Source: an uncultured Gemmatimonadota bacterium (GTDB lineage: Bacteria > JAAXHH01). Taken from it: a stretch of 64,000 nucleotides of DNA. Location: NCBI GenBank assembly GCA_951812955.1, contig OX638340.1, positions 3,296,001-3,360,000 of the forward strand. The letters are read 5' to 3'. A program made the translations under genes and the position numbers. A model generated the notes under the pieces. That model saw only the letters and a program-made list of their open reading frames with translations, did no database searches and was not told the origin of the DNA. Positions 10,914 to 21,811 of the stretch are shown here, piece by piece (position 1 is the stretch's first letter; each line of letters starts with the position of its first letter).

Positions 10914-12533
10914 ATGAAAAGTCTCGTTTCGTCCGCCGGTTACCTGGGTCTTATCCTGATCCTGGTCAGCGGGTACCTTTACGTCTCGGATGCGACGACG
11001 CAGCGCACGGCGTTGATCGCCCTGCTGGTAGGTCTGGCGCTCGGATCGACCTGGATGGTCTTCGAATGGGAGAAGGTATGGAACCTGCTCGGACGTCGTA
11101 CAACAAGATACGGCGCCAACACCGCCGTACTGGTGCTGCTGGTTATTGGAATCCTGGCATTCGCGAACATGATCGGCTCGCGATACACCCAGCGGTATGA
11201 CGCGACGGCCAACAAGCGGTTCAGCCTTGCCGACTTGTCCGTCAGCGTATTGAGCGAACTGGACCAGGAAGTTCACATCGTGGGGTTTTTCAGATCCAGC
11301 GGGCCCGATGCCACGAATCGGTATCTGCTCGACGACATGTTGAATCAGTTTCAGTACCATTCGGATCACATCACGTACGAATTCATAGACCCCGATCTCG
11401 AGCCGAGTATAGCGCGCCAGTACAACATCTCCGCCTACGGAACGGTCGTGTTCGAAAGCGAGGGCAAGACCGAGCACATCAACCGTTATCTCGAAGAAAG
11501 CGTGACCAACGCGCTGGTCAAGGTCACGCGCGAAGGCCAGAAGACCATTTACTTCCTGGAAGGCCACGGCGAACATAACGTCAACCTGACCGACCAGGCC
11601 GGCTACAACAGGATTATGCAGTTGCTCGAGAACCAGAGTTACACCGTCAGGAGCTTTTCGCTGCTCAGTGAGGTGGAGGTGCCGGCGGACTGTAACGTGC
11701 TGGTGGTGGCCGGTCCCCGGACCAACCTGGTGGGAAACGAGCAGGAAGCCATTCGCAACTACCTGGACCGCGGCGGCCGCGCCCTGTTCCTGATCAACCC
11801 CGACTATCCCGAAGAAAGCGCCGATCTGTCCGCGCTGCTCGCACACTGGAAGGTGCGGATCGGCGACAACGTCGTGATCGACGAAAGCGCCGTGGGCAGG
11901 TTGCCTGGCATGAACGAGTACATGCCGGCCGTCATGCAATACCCGGCCCATCCCATCACGCGCCCCCTTGGCAACACCGTGAGTTTCTTCCCACTGGTGC
12001 GGTCCATCGAAACGGCGTCGGCCTCAGACGATACCGTGGAGATTCAGACCATCGCCATGACCGGGGCCCGCAGCTGGGCGGAAACCACGCTGCCGGGATC
12101 GCCGGACGAAGCCATGGAGTACGTGCCCGTGCTGGATCCGGAAACGGACGAGCCTGGCCCGGTTTCCATCGCCGTGGCCATCACGGCCGTCCCCAGGGCG
12201 CTTCCGCGCAGGGACATGGCCACGCTGACGCCGCAGGAGATGGCGATGCGGCCGGAGGAGCACGAACTGAAAACCCGCATCGTGGTCGTTGGAAATTCAT
12301 CCTTTGCATCCAATGCCTACATCATGCTGCCGGGCAATGGCGACCTGGCCCTGAACATCCTCAACTGGCTCGCCCAGGAGGAGGACCTGCTCGCGATCCG
12401 GCCCAAGTCCAGCGACACCAGGCTGGTTCAGATTTCACTGAGCCAGATGTGGGATATCTTTATCTTCACCGGCATCCTCTCGCCCATCGCCATCCTGATC
12501 GCTGGCGTAGTGGTGTGGTGGAGAAGGAAATAG
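10914..12533 (+). CDS. GldG-like ABC-transport auxiliary protein
   Basis: 539 aa with N- and C-terminal TM anchors and conserved order after the ABC-2 permease (Gldg family). Confidence 0.7.
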   Translation: MKSLVSSAGYLGLILILVSGYLYVSDATTQRTALIALLVGLALGSTWMVFEWEKVWNLLGRRTTRYGANTAVLVLLVIGILAFANMIGSRYTQRYDATANKRFSLADLSVSVLSELDQEVHIVGFFRSSGPDATNRYLLDDMLNQFQYHSDHITYEFIDPDLEPSIARQYNISAYGTVVFESEGKTEHINRYLEESVTNALVKVTREGQKTIYFLEGHGEHNVNLTDQAGYNRIMQLLENQSYTVRSFSLLSEVEVPADCNVLVVAGPRTNLVGNEQEAIRNYLDRGGRALFLINPDYPEESADLSALLAHWKVRIGDNVVIDESAVGRLPGMNEYMPAVMQYPAHPITRPLGNTVSFFPLVRSIETASASDDTVEIQTIAMTGARSWAETTLPGSPDEAMEYVPVLDPETDEPGPVSIAVAITAVPRALPRRDMATLTPQEMAMRPEEHELKTRIVVVGNSSFASNAYIMLPGNGDLALNILNWLAQEEDLLAIRPKSSDTRLVQISLSQMWDIFIFTGILSPIAILIAGVVVWWRRK

Positions 12534-12546
12534 GAGACGAAACGCC

Positions 12547-14325
12547 GTGAGCGGTGGCCGATACACGATCATGCTGGCCTTGATTCTGGGTCTGCTGGCG
12601 TCCTACTTCTTCCTTTTCGTTAACGAGGAAGATCAGGTTGCGGAGATCGAGCGTGTATTCGAGATCAACCCCGAGGAGGTCGTCGAGATCAAGGTGACCG
12701 TGGACGGAGCGGCCACAACGATCGAGAAGGTACCCATGGAAGGTTGGGAGATTACCGATCCGGTCAGGTACGCCGCGGATCCCGACATCGTGGGTGCGTT
12801 GCTGCGTGAATTCTCCACTCTGTCCCCCGCACGTACTGTCGCCGATTCGGCGGAAGCCCTTTCGGAATACGGCCTTGAGAATCCGTCGGCGTCCGTCGAG
12901 GTCATCCGGGGTCTCGACAGGCCCATGGTGTTGCTGCTGGGAGACGTGAACCCGACGGGCGCAGCCCATTATGCCGTGGAAAGTGGTAAACGGAGGGTAT
13001 TCCTCATTTCCTCGCAGATCAATGGGAACCTGCGAAGGACGTCCGACGCATTGCGCGACCGCAGTCTGATTCGCGTCGAACGGGACGACGTGGAAGAGCT
13101 CATCCTCGAAAAGGGCGACCGCCGGATCGTCATCGGCCTGGACCCCTTCGGAACATGGCGCGTAGAAGCGCCGTACCGGCTCCCTGCCGAGCGCGATGAG
13201 GTGGTCAACGCCTTGACCACGATTATCGGGGCCTCGGCCATTTCCTTCGTCGACGAAGCGCCGTCTTCGCTTGATGAATACGGTTTGGCGAATCCGGTGA
13301 TGACGGCGACCGTGAAATCCGGCGACGGCAGCATTCTCCAGACGCTTTCACTGGGCAATGATCATTTGGGCCAGGTTTTTGCCATGACCAGCGAAAGACG
13401 CAACGTATACTCGGTATCGACTTCGATCCTGCGCCAGCTGGACCGGGAACCCGAGTTTTACAGGCGGGTCACGGCTTTCGATTTTCAATCCTACAGGATC
13501 CCCGACTTTTCGATGGAACTGGGAGACGAGACCGTAACCCTGGTCAAGCATGCCTTCGAAGACTGGCGTATGACGTCTCCCTACGAATTGAGAGCCAACG
13601 ACCGTTTTATCACGGCCATGCTGGACAGCCTGGAGATCATGCGTGTGCGGGAACACATACCGCTGACGGACGCGAACAAAGCGACTTACGGTTTCGAGAA
13701 CCCGGCTGCCAGCCTCTCGCTAACGATCGAGGACCGGGTGAGACCCCAGGAAATCCTGGTCGGCTCGGCCTCCGGCGATGGGCAGTATGAATATGTGATG
13801 GACCCCGCGGAGGAGTGGATCTACGCAGTGGATGAAACTACGCTGCAGCGTCTGCCTGCCTCCGCGATCGACTTGCGCGACAATAAGATCCTTCGGTTCA
13901 AAGGCTATCAGGTACACATGTTCGAGGTGGTCACGCCCGACGAACGTTTGCGGGTGCGCCGCGACCAGAAGCAAAGAGTCGTATGGAAAATCGAAGAGCC
14001 TTCATCGGGCGACGCCGACGCGATCTCGGTCGGCCGGGCGTTCAGCGAGCTGGATTCACTGTATTCGCAGGCCTTCATAACGGCAGACCCCGACGCTGAC
14101 CTGTCAACCTATGGACTGGACAGACCGATCATGGAACTTACGCTGCAGATCGGGGGCCGGGACGACGTGCTGGAAGAACGCTTATCGCTCCTGGTGGGCA
14201 AATCGTTTCCCGGGGACCAGAACCTGGTCTACGTCAAGCAAAGGAACAGCCCCGTCGTGTCCCTGGCCAGGGCCGGGTTCGTGGCCCGTATCAATGATAT
14301 GGTCGCCCAGACACCGAAATCGTGA
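12547..14325 (+). CDS. DUF4340-domain protein
   Basis: 592 aa, N-terminal TM, repeated beta-rich modules. It is the canonical fourth gene of ABC/ABC-2/GldG/DUF4340 clusters. Confidence 0.6.
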   Translation: MSGGRYTIMLALILGLLASYFFLFVNEEDQVAEIERVFEINPEEVVEIKVTVDGAATTIEKVPMEGWEITDPVRYAADPDIVGALLREFSTLSPARTVADSAEALSEYGLENPSASVEVIRGLDRPMVLLLGDVNPTGAAHYAVESGKRRVFLISSQINGNLRRTSDALRDRSLIRVERDDVEELILEKGDRRIVIGLDPFGTWRVEAPYRLPAERDEVVNALTTIIGASAISFVDEAPSSLDEYGLANPVMTATVKSGDGSILQTLSLGNDHLGQVFAMTSERRNVYSVSTSILRQLDREPEFYRRVTAFDFQSYRIPDFSMELGDETVTLVKHAFEDWRMTSPYELRANDRFITAMLDSLEIMRVREHIPLTDANKATYGFENPAASLSLTIEDRVRPQEILVGSASGDGQYEYVMDPAEEWIYAVDETTLQRLPASAIDLRDNKILRFKGYQVHMFEVVTPDERLRVRRDQKQRVVWKIEEPSSGDADAISVGRAFSELDSLYSQAFITADPDADLSTYGLDRPIMELTLQIGGRDDVLEERLSLLVGKSFPGDQNLVYVKQRNSPVVSLARAGFVARINDMVAQTPKS

Positions 14326-14326
14326 C

Positions 14327-15400
14327 ATGAGGCGGCATGCGGTGAGGTGTTCAAGCTTACTCGCCACCATCCTGGTGGCCGTCTCAACGAATCCGGCTGA
14401 TACCGAAGCCTTCCCGGCGCCGCAGGATGAAGACAACGGTTTCTCGATCGAGGCCTCGGTAGATCGCGACCGGATCACCGTGGGCGACCCCTTCCTGTAC
14501 CGGATCACCGTGAAGAGCCCCGGCAACTCCGCGGTCGAGTGGCCGGAATCAGGCCGCCCCCCGGAAGGTTTCGATCTCCTATCCTTCGAGCACGAGGGGC
14601 CCCTGTCCGGCCCCGGCGGAGTGAACGTCGATTCACTCCGCTACGAACTTACCCTTTATCGGACGGGCGAACATTCCATACCGTCATTCGCGCTGAAGTG
14701 CGTCCTGCTGGACGGTACCGAAATATCCGCCGAGTCGGATTCCATTTCCGTTACCGTCCTCAGCGTTATAGACGATGAGGCAGAGGATATACGCGATCTG
14801 AAGGATCCGGTGGAGATCCCTGGCGAAGTGCCCTGGTACTTCTGGGCGATCGGCGGACTGGTGCTGCTCGCCGTCGCGACGGGCCTCTTTCTGTACTTCA
14901 GGCGCCGCGGGAAACGGAACGATGCGAACGGCCCGGATACGGCTATCGAACGCCTTCCCGAAGAGATCGCCCTGGAGGAGCTGGATCGACTGGCTCTCAA
15001 GGAGTGGCTGGTCCAGGGACACGTGAAAGCACATTACTCCGCGCTGTCTGAAATCCTGCGACGGTACCTGTCCGTGCGCTACGGGATAGCCGCCATGGAA
15101 TATACGACTTCCGAATTGATAGCGGCGTTGAACGCACTCGATCTCGGCCATGAGGAGTCACGGACCGTCCGTGTACTGTTCGAAGAATGCGACATGGTTA
15201 AATTCGCAAGGTATACACCCGAAACGCACCGGCAGTCACTTTCCTTGGGGGAAGGACGGGAGATCGTCGAGCTGACGAGCCCTCCCCCCGCGCCGGAGTA
15301 TGCCGCGCTGGACCGGAATGACGCCGAAGCCGATTCACCGGTATCCGGCGAGGTTTCCGCCGGCGATGCGGGTTCCGTACGAGCACCGTCTAAGGACTGA
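14327..15400 (+). CDS. Short BatD-like membrane protein (BatD paralog)
   Basis: Signal peptide, single TM (WYFWAIGGLVLLAVATGLFLYF) and a C-terminal helical domain ending ...CDMVKFARY. This parallels the BatD C-terminus ...CDLARFART at 21812..23704. Confidence 0.55.
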   Translation: MRRHAVRCSSLLATILVAVSTNPADTEAFPAPQDEDNGFSIEASVDRDRITVGDPFLYRITVKSPGNSAVEWPESGRPPEGFDLLSFEHEGPLSGPGGVNVDSLRYELTLYRTGEHSIPSFALKCVLLDGTEISAESDSISVTVLSVIDDEAEDIRDLKDPVEIPGEVPWYFWAIGGLVLLAVATGLFLYFRRRGKRNDANGPDTAIERLPEEIALEELDRLALKEWLVQGHVKAHYSALSEILRRYLSVRYGIAAMEYTTSELIAALNALDLGHEESRTVRVLFEECDMVKFARYTPETHRQSLSLGEGREIVELTSPPPAPEYAALDRNDAEADSPVSGEVSAGDAGSVRAPSKD

Positions 15401-15407
15401 AGCACTC

Positions 15408-16415
15408 ATGTTTTTTTCCATGCCCTTGATTCTTGTTCTGCTCGTGATCCTCCCAGTCCTACTATGGTGGTATCGCCGCCGGTTGAAGGGACGCCGGGGC
15501 GGCCTGACGTTCTCCGACATCTCCTTCGTAAACAAGCTGAAACCCGCGTCAATCCTCAAGTACCGCCACATTCCCGTCGTGCTGCGTGCCATGGCCATAG
15601 GACTGGCAATACTTGCCCTTGCCCGTCCGCAGACGGGTACCGAGGGCGCGGAAGTGATGACCGAGGGTATCGATATCGTGCTGGCGCTCGACATATCCGG
15701 CAGCATGGGGGCCGAGGACTATAAGCCCCGCAACCGGCTTTATGTTGCTAAAACCGTGATTTCCAGTTTTATCCGGGAGCGGCAAAACGACCGGATCGGC
15801 ATGGTGGTCTTCGCGGGACGTAGCTTCACGCAGTGCCCGCTTACGCTGGACTACGATGTACTGCTAGGCCTGTTGGAACAGGTGGAGATCGGGTTGACCG
15901 AGGACGGCACGGCCATTGGAATGGGAATCGCCAATTCCGTCAACCGGTTGCGCCAGAGCAGCGCCGAAAGCAAAGTGGTCATCCTGTTGACCGACGGCGT
16001 GAACAACACGGGTGCGATCGACCCGATCACCGCGGCCAAGGCGGCCAATGCGCTGGGGATCAAGATCTACTCGGTCGGCATAGGAAAGGAAGAAGGCGCG
16101 CCGATTCCCGTCGATGACCCTGTGCTCGGACGCACGTATGCCCGAAATCGGGACGGCAGCCTCGCACTCACGGAAATCGACGAGGAAACCCTGCGGCAGG
16201 TCGCAAGTATAACGGGCGGATTCTATTTCAAAGCGACCGATGGCGAGATGCTGTCCCACATTTATCAACGAATAGACGCGCTTGAACGCACGGAAATGAG
16301 CGTCATAGCCTACTCGAGGTATACCGAGTTATTCGGTTTTTTCCTGTTGCCGGCCATGTTTCTTGTGCTGGCCGAGGTCCTGTTGACACACACCCGGCTG
16401 AGGAGACTCCCCTAG
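15408..16415 (+). CDS. batA: BatA, vWA-domain membrane protein
   Basis: N-terminal TM pair, vWA MIDAS DISGSM, TDGVNNTG. Confidence 0.8.
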   Translation: MFFSMPLILVLLVILPVLLWWYRRRLKGRRGGLTFSDISFVNKLKPASILKYRHIPVVLRAMAIGLAILALARPQTGTEGAEVMTEGIDIVLALDISGSMGAEDYKPRNRLYVAKTVISSFIRERQNDRIGMVVFAGRSFTQCPLTLDYDVLLGLLEQVEIGLTEDGTAIGMGIANSVNRLRQSSAESKVVILLTDGVNNTGAIDPITAAKAANALGIKIYSVGIGKEEGAPIPVDDPVLGRTYARNRDGSLALTEIDEETLRQVASITGGFYFKATDGEMLSHIYQRIDALERTEMSVIAYSRYTELFGFFLLPAMFLVLAEVLLTHTRLRRLP

Positions 16416-16451
16416 GCCGGGGAGGACGCGTACCGGTTCTCCGGAGCAGAC

Positions 16452-17483
16452 ATGCGATTTGCCCAACCCGAGTTTCTTTACCTGCTTGCGATTGCGCCGC
16501 TGCTCATCCTTTTCTTTATCGTTCGGTTCCGGCACAGGCGCGACGTGCTCAGGAAGTTAGGCGAGCAGGCACTGCTGGACAGACTGTCCCGTTCAACCGT
16601 AGTTGGCAGGCAGCCGGTCAAGGCGGCGCTCGTGGTCCTGGCCCTGGTCTGCTTTGTTCTGGCACTCGCGCGTCCGCAGTTCGGAACCCGGTCCGAAACA
16701 ATTCGTCAGACCGGATTTTCTGTCATGGCCGCACTGGATGTTTCCAATAGTATGCTGGCCGAGGATGTCCGGCCGAATCGCCTCATACGGGCCAAGTATG
16801 CCGTTCGGTCCCTGGTGAGAAAACTCCGGAACGATCAGATCGGGCTGGTTGTTTTCGCCGGTTCCGCTTTTCTGCAGTGTCCGCTGACTTCCGATTACAG
16901 CATCGTCGAGCTCTTTCTGGACGGCATCGATACCCGGACTGTGGGCACGCAGGGAACGGCCATTTCGCAAGCGCTGCAAATCGCGGGCCAGTCGTTTCAA
17001 CAGGACCATAGGGGATACAAAGCCATCGTACTGATCACAGACGGAGAAGACCACCAGGAAGACCCGGTCGCCGTCGCAGCGGAACTGGCAGCCCAGGGCG
17101 TACGCGTTTACGTGGTGGGCATCGGTACCCCGAACGGCGTACCCATACCCATCATGGGCGAGGACGGCACGGTCGCCGGCCACATGCGGGACCGGTCCGG
17201 CGCAGTGGTCATGAGCCGTCTGGACGAGTCCACGTTGCGTCAGATCGCGGAAACGACCGGAGGGGCTTACTACAGGGCGTTGCCGGGGGGTGAAGAAATG
17301 GACCTGGTATACGATACCATCTCCTCGCTGGAGAGGGCGGAATTCGAAAGCAGGGAATTTACGCAGTACGTTGAACGTTTCCAGTATATATTGTTGTTCG
17401 GTTTGCTGTTACTGGTCGCGGATACCGTTATACGGGACCGCAGATTGCTCGACGAATCGCCGGAATCGGAACCAAAGCCATGA
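16452..17483 (+). CDS. batB: BatB, vWA-domain membrane protein
   Basis: DVSNSM MIDAS, TDGEDH, C-terminal TM. Confidence 0.8.
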   Translation: MRFAQPEFLYLLAIAPLLILFFIVRFRHRRDVLRKLGEQALLDRLSRSTVVGRQPVKAALVVLALVCFVLALARPQFGTRSETIRQTGFSVMAALDVSNSMLAEDVRPNRLIRAKYAVRSLVRKLRNDQIGLVVFAGSAFLQCPLTSDYSIVELFLDGIDTRTVGTQGTAISQALQIAGQSFQQDHRGYKAIVLITDGEDHQEDPVAVAAELAAQGVRVYVVGIGTPNGVPIPIMGEDGTVAGHMRDRSGAVVMSRLDESTLRQIAETTGGAYYRALPGGEEMDLVYDTISSLERAEFESREFTQYVERFQYILLFGLLLLVADTVIRDRRLLDESPESEPKP

Positions 17484-18190
17484 GCGTAATCCTGGTCATC
17501 CTGTTGTTTCTTGGTTGGCAGCCGGCCGCGAAGAATGCTCGTGGAAACCAGCTGTACCAACAGGAAAAATACGAAGAGGCGCTGGCGTCCTATACTGAAG
17601 CACTGGCGGAGGACGGCGAAAACCCGGCCTTGCACTACAATCGGGCCAACGCGCTGTACCGCTCCGAGCAGTATCCCTCTGCCGTGCAGTCGTATACGAA
17701 CGCATTGGACGGCGAAGCGCCGCTCGATGGCCGGGCCCGGTACAACCTGGGCAACAGCCTGTATCGCATGGGCCGGCTTGAAGACTCCATCGAGGCTTAC
17801 AAGGAGGCGCTTCGGATCAAGTCGGACGATCTCGACATGAAATACAACCTGGAATTCGTGACACGACAGCTACAGGAGCAGCAGGAAGAACAGGAACGCC
17901 GGAACGCGCAGAACCGTCAGGAAGACGGGGAAGATCAGGAAGACCGGGAGGATCAGGAGAATCAGAATGACCAGGAAGACCAGGAGGATCAGGAGAATCA
18001 GGAAGACGACGAGGGTCAGCAGCCGGAAGGAGAGGATGAGCCGCAACGGCAGCAGGCTCCCCGGGAGGGTGAACTGAGCAAAGCAGAGGCAGAACGACTC
18101 CTGAATGCCCTGAACAGGGACGAGCAGGATATACAGCGCCGGCTGCGCAGACAGCAGGCCACCCAGGTCAATCCGGAGAAAGACTGGTAA
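17480..18190 (+). CDS. batC: BatC, TPR-repeat protein with acidic (QEDxED) tail
   Basis: TPR helices (YNRANALYRSEQY, YNLGNSLYRMGRLEDSIEAYKEAL) plus a low-complexity EDQED repeat. Confidence 0.75.
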   Translation: MSVILVILLFLGWQPAAKNARGNQLYQQEKYEEALASYTEALAEDGENPALHYNRANALYRSEQYPSAVQSYTNALDGEAPLDGRARYNLGNSLYRMGRLEDSIEAYKEALRIKSDDLDMKYNLEFVTRQLQEQQEEQERRNAQNRQEDGEDQEDREDQENQNDQEDQEDQENQEDDEGQQPEGEDEPQRQQAPREGELSKAEAERLLNALNRDEQDIQRRLRRQQATQVNPEKDW

Positions 18191-18218
18191 CCGTTCCACG
18201 AATCGCGATGAAAACACC

Positions 18219-19622
18219 ATGATTGTCATGAAATTCGGCGGCACTTCAGTCGGCAGCGCGGAGGCCATTCAACAAGTCGTCGAGATCGTCAGAAAATACC
18301 GCGAACGCGACCTGTTGGTGGTCCTGTCCGCCATGAGCACGGTAACCGACTCGCTTCGGGAAATGGCCGCGGAGGCCTGCGGGGGGACGGAGCCCTCGTC
18401 TTCCCTCTCGGCTTTGAGGAAACGCCATGACGAGACGATTCGCGCCTTGGCCGAAGGGGAGGAGCGGAACCGGGCCCTCGAAGTCTGTGAGGGACTGATC
18501 GATGAACTATCGGGAATCCTGCACGGTATCACGCTGCTCAAGGAGCTTTCCCCGCGTTCGGTCGACCTGGTCAGTTCCTTCGGCGAACGCCTTTCCGTGG
18601 TTGTCGTCTCCGCGGCCCTCAGGTCGGCCGGCCTGTCGTCTCTTCCTGTCGATGCGCGCGAATACGTGAAGACGAACGAGCGCTACACCGAAGCGGAAGT
18701 GAATTTCGCCGAAACGGAACGCCGCCTGTCGGCGGGACTGGTCCCCATGGTATCCGACGGACGCATTCCCATCATAACGGGGTTTATCGGTTCGACCGAT
18801 GAAGGTGTCACCACGACCCTCGGGCGGGGCGCTTCGGACTACACCGCCTCCCTTGTCGCCGGTGCGATACAGGCAGAAGAAGTATGGATCTGGACGGACG
18901 TGGACGGCGCGATGACGGCCGACCCGCGCATGGTCGAGGACGCCCGCGTACTCAAGGAGATTTCGTATCTCGAGGCCGCCGAGATGTCCTATTTCGGCGC
19001 CAAGGTGCTCCATCCCATGACCATGCAGCCCGCGGTAAAACAGGAGATTCCCATCCGGATCCGGAACACCTTCCGGACCGAAAACGGCGGTACGGTCATT
19101 TCTTCGCGCACCTTTGAGGCCCCGCTGGGGGTGAAGGCCGTGACAAGCATCGACCGGCTCTGCCTGATCGTGGTCGAAGGAACCAGTCTCAGCAGAACGC
19201 CGGATACGCACGCCCGGCTCTTCAAGACCACGGCGGAACGCAAGACCCAGGTCATCATGATTACGCAGGCTTCCTCCGAACACGACATCTGCCTGGTCGT
19301 TGACGAAAAGGACAGCCAGGGAACCGTCCGGGCGCTGAAGAAGGAATTCCGTCATGAAGTCGCCGAAGGCAGCCTGGAGGAAATCTCGGTTCAACCCGAC
19401 CTGGCCGTGGTGGCGGTGGTCGGCGGCGGCATGAAGGGAACCCCGGGCATCGCGGCCCGCACATTCGGCATCCTCGGCGAACACGGGGTCAATATCATCG
19501 CCATCGCCCAGGGTTCATCCGAGCTGAACATTTCATTCATTGTCGAACGGAACGACCTGCAGAAGACCGTTCAACTGGTACACGCGTCCTTTGGACTCGG
19601 AGAGGACGGAGATTTTGAGTAA
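18219..19622 (+). CDS. Aspartate kinase with C-terminal ACT domains
   Basis: MKFGGTSV ... two ACT regions (VAVVGGGMKGTPGIAARTF). Confidence 0.9.
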   Translation: MIVMKFGGTSVGSAEAIQQVVEIVRKYRERDLLVVLSAMSTVTDSLREMAAEACGGTEPSSSLSALRKRHDETIRALAEGEERNRALEVCEGLIDELSGILHGITLLKELSPRSVDLVSSFGERLSVVVVSAALRSAGLSSLPVDAREYVKTNERYTEAEVNFAETERRLSAGLVPMVSDGRIPIITGFIGSTDEGVTTTLGRGASDYTASLVAGAIQAEEVWIWTDVDGAMTADPRMVEDARVLKEISYLEAAEMSYFGAKVLHPMTMQPAVKQEIPIRIRNTFRTENGGTVISSRTFEAPLGVKAVTSIDRLCLIVVEGTSLSRTPDTHARLFKTTAERKTQVIMITQASSEHDICLVVDEKDSQGTVRALKKEFRHEVAEGSLEEISVQPDLAVVAVVGGGMKGTPGIAARTFGILGEHGVNIIAIAQGSSELNISFIVERNDLQKTVQLVHASFGLGEDGDFE

Positions 19623-20721
19623 ATTAAACCTGTTTCAGTTCGGGAAGGGCAATATAGGCGGCGCATTGATCAGGCAGGTGGTGGACCGTACCGGGTCCCT
19701 GGCCGAAGCGAGCGGCCTTTGTTTCGAGTACGTAGGGATCTGCGGCCGGGACCAGGTGGTTTTCGATCCAGGGGGACTCAACGAGGCGCTTCAAGTAACC
19801 GGTGGACTCGACCGGTTGCTCGACGACGGGGACAGGCGTGCGGCCTACCCGGGCGCTGTTGCCATGATGGAACGTCTGCTGGATGATCCACCCGCGAACC
19901 TGTGCGTTATCGATACTACGTCCGCCGATATGACCGAAGTGCACCTGGGCTGTCTGCGCCGCGGCATTCCGGTCGTGACGGCCAACAAGAAACCCATAAC
20001 CGATCGGAGCAGTGCGTACGAAGAGATCCAGCGGCTCGGGCGCGCCCGGCGAATGCGATACTGGTACGAAACGACCGCCGGCGCCGGGCTGCCCGTCGTC
20101 AGTACGGTCAAGGAACTGGTGGACACCGGCGACGTGGTGACCGAAATCGCAGGATGCCTCAGCGGTACGCTGGGATACATCTGTTCCCGGCTTGACAGCG
20201 GGGGAGCCTTCTCGGAGATCGTCCGGGAAGCGAAGGAACTCGGTTTTACGGAACCAGATCCGCGGGACGACCTGAACGGAATGGACGTAGCAAGGAAAGC
20301 GCTGATCCTCGCGCGTGAGATCGGATACCGGCTTGAAATCGAAGAGCTGGAGATCAAGGGTATGGTCTCCGACGCCTTGCTGGAAGCCCCTTCGGTCGAG
20401 GCGTTCATGGATAAGCTCACCCTGGAAGACGCGGACTACGCACAGCGGGTCCAATCCTGCGGAAACAACGGGCAGGTGCTGCGATTCGTCGCGACGGTGG
20501 GAGACGACACTTGCCGGGTGGGACTCGAAAGTGTGGACCGGGAGAGTCCCCTGGGAAGCCTGGCCGGTCCGGATAACATGGTCGTATGCACCACGAAACG
20601 ATACCGAGACAACCCGCTGATCGTGCGGGGGCCGGGCGCCGGACCGGAGGTTACCGCCGGTGGCCTGTTTGGAGACCTGATCAAGGCCGCGAGAATGCTG
20701 TCCGGCAGCAATCATCCTTAA
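19615..20721 (+). CDS. hom: Homoserine dehydrogenase
   Basis: [11 protein letters not shown] Rossmann; HSD catalytic and C-terminal regions. Proposed TTG start overlaps the aspartate-kinase stop by 8 nt; an alternative ATG at 19540 lies inside the upstream gene. Confidence 0.8.
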   Translation: MSKLNLFQFGKGNIGGALIRQVVDRTGSLAEASGLCFEYVGICGRDQVVFDPGGLNEALQVTGGLDRLLDDGDRRAAYPGAVAMMERLLDDPPANLCVIDTTSADMTEVHLGCLRRGIPVVTANKKPITDRSSAYEEIQRLGRARRMRYWYETTAGAGLPVVSTVKELVDTGDVVTEIAGCLSGTLGYICSRLDSGGAFSEIVREAKELGFTEPDPRDDLNGMDVARKALILAREIGYRLEIEELEIKGMVSDALLEAPSVEAFMDKLTLEDADYAQRVQSCGNNGQVLRFVATVGDDTCRVGLESVDRESPLGSLAGPDNMVVCTTKRYRDNPLIVRGPGAGPEVTAGGLFGDLIKAARMLSGSNHP

Positions 20722-20748
20722 CCTGTACACCTGATTCGGGAGCATGAA

Positions 20749-21807
20749 GTGTCGAAGAATGAGATCAAAGTGGGTATCCTGGGCGCCACCGGGGCGGTAG
20801 GACAGCGGTTCGTCCAGTTACTCGAAAACCATCCGTGGTTCAGGGTCACCGCGCTTGCGGCTTCGGAGCGGTCGGCCGGCAAACCCTACTCGGAAGCCGT
20901 GACCTGGCGGCTGGATACGCCGATCCCGGCAGCCGTCGTCGAGATACCCGTATCGCTTTGCGAGCCGGGACTGGACTGCGACCTGGTATTCTCCGGCCTG
21001 GATTCCGCGGTGGCTGGCCCCATCGAGGCGGCTTTCGCGGCGGCCGACTACGCCGTGGTGAGCAATTCGAAGAACCACCGCATGGACGAAGACGTTCCCC
21101 TGCTCGTTCCCGAGGTCAACGCGGACCATTGCGGGATCATCGACCGGCAGCGTAAGCGCAGGGGGTATGGGCGCGGATTCATCGCGACCAATCCGAACTG
21201 TTCCACCATCGGTCTTGCGATGGCGCTGAAACCGATTGCCGACCGCTTTGGAATAACGCGGGTCGCGGTTACCACCATGCAGGCCCTGTCCGGCGCCGGT
21301 TATCCGGGGGTTTCTTCGCTCGAAATCCTGGATAACGTGCTTCCCTACATCGGGGAAGAAGAAGAGAAGATGGAGCGGGAAACCCTGAAGCTGCTGGGCA
21401 GGTTCCACGACGGCCGGATTAAAAACGCCCGGACCGTCGTCAGCGCCCAGTGCAACCGGGTACACGTCCAGGACGGACACATGGAATGCGTCTCGGTGGC
21501 CCTGGAGAACGAGACAGACGTAAACGGCCTCGCCGAAGCGCTGCGCAACCACCGGGGGCCGCCCCAGGAACTCGGCCTGCCATTTGCCCCCAGGCGCCCG
21601 ATTATCGTCCGCGATGAACCGGACCGGCCGCAGCCGAGGATAGACCGCGACGCCGAAAACGGCATGGCCGTGACGGTGGGGCGCATACGGCCCTGCCCCG
21701 TACTCGACATGAAATTCGTGGTGCTGTCACACAATACCGTCCGTGGGGCCGCCGGAACCGCCATTTTGAACGCGGAACTGCTGCGGACCCGGGGATTTCT
21801 GGACTGA
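20749..21807 (+). CDS. asd: Aspartate-semialdehyde dehydrogenase (archaeal/Bacteroidetes type)
   Basis: [15 protein letters not shown], active-site CSTIGL, 352 aa. Confidence 0.9.
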   Translation: MSKNEIKVGILGATGAVGQRFVQLLENHPWFRVTALAASERSAGKPYSEAVTWRLDTPIPAAVVEIPVSLCEPGLDCDLVFSGLDSAVAGPIEAAFAAADYAVVSNSKNHRMDEDVPLLVPEVNADHCGIIDRQRKRRGYGRGFIATNPNCSTIGLAMALKPIADRFGITRVAVTTMQALSGAGYPGVSSLEILDNVLPYIGEEEEKMERETLKLLGRFHDGRIKNARTVVSAQCNRVHVQDGHMECVSVALENETDVNGLAEALRNHRGPPQELGLPFAPRRPIIVRDEPDRPQPRIDRDAENGMAVTVGRIRPCPVLDMKFVVLSHNTVRGAAGTAILNAELLRTRGFLD

Positions 21808-21811
21808 GCTC

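Noticed and set aside
19540-19614. ATG start at 19540 for homoserine dehydrogenase
   Set aside because: It would put 25 codons inside the aspartate-kinase ACT domain in another frame. The TTG at 19615 gives the conserved Rossmann N-terminus with minimal overlap.
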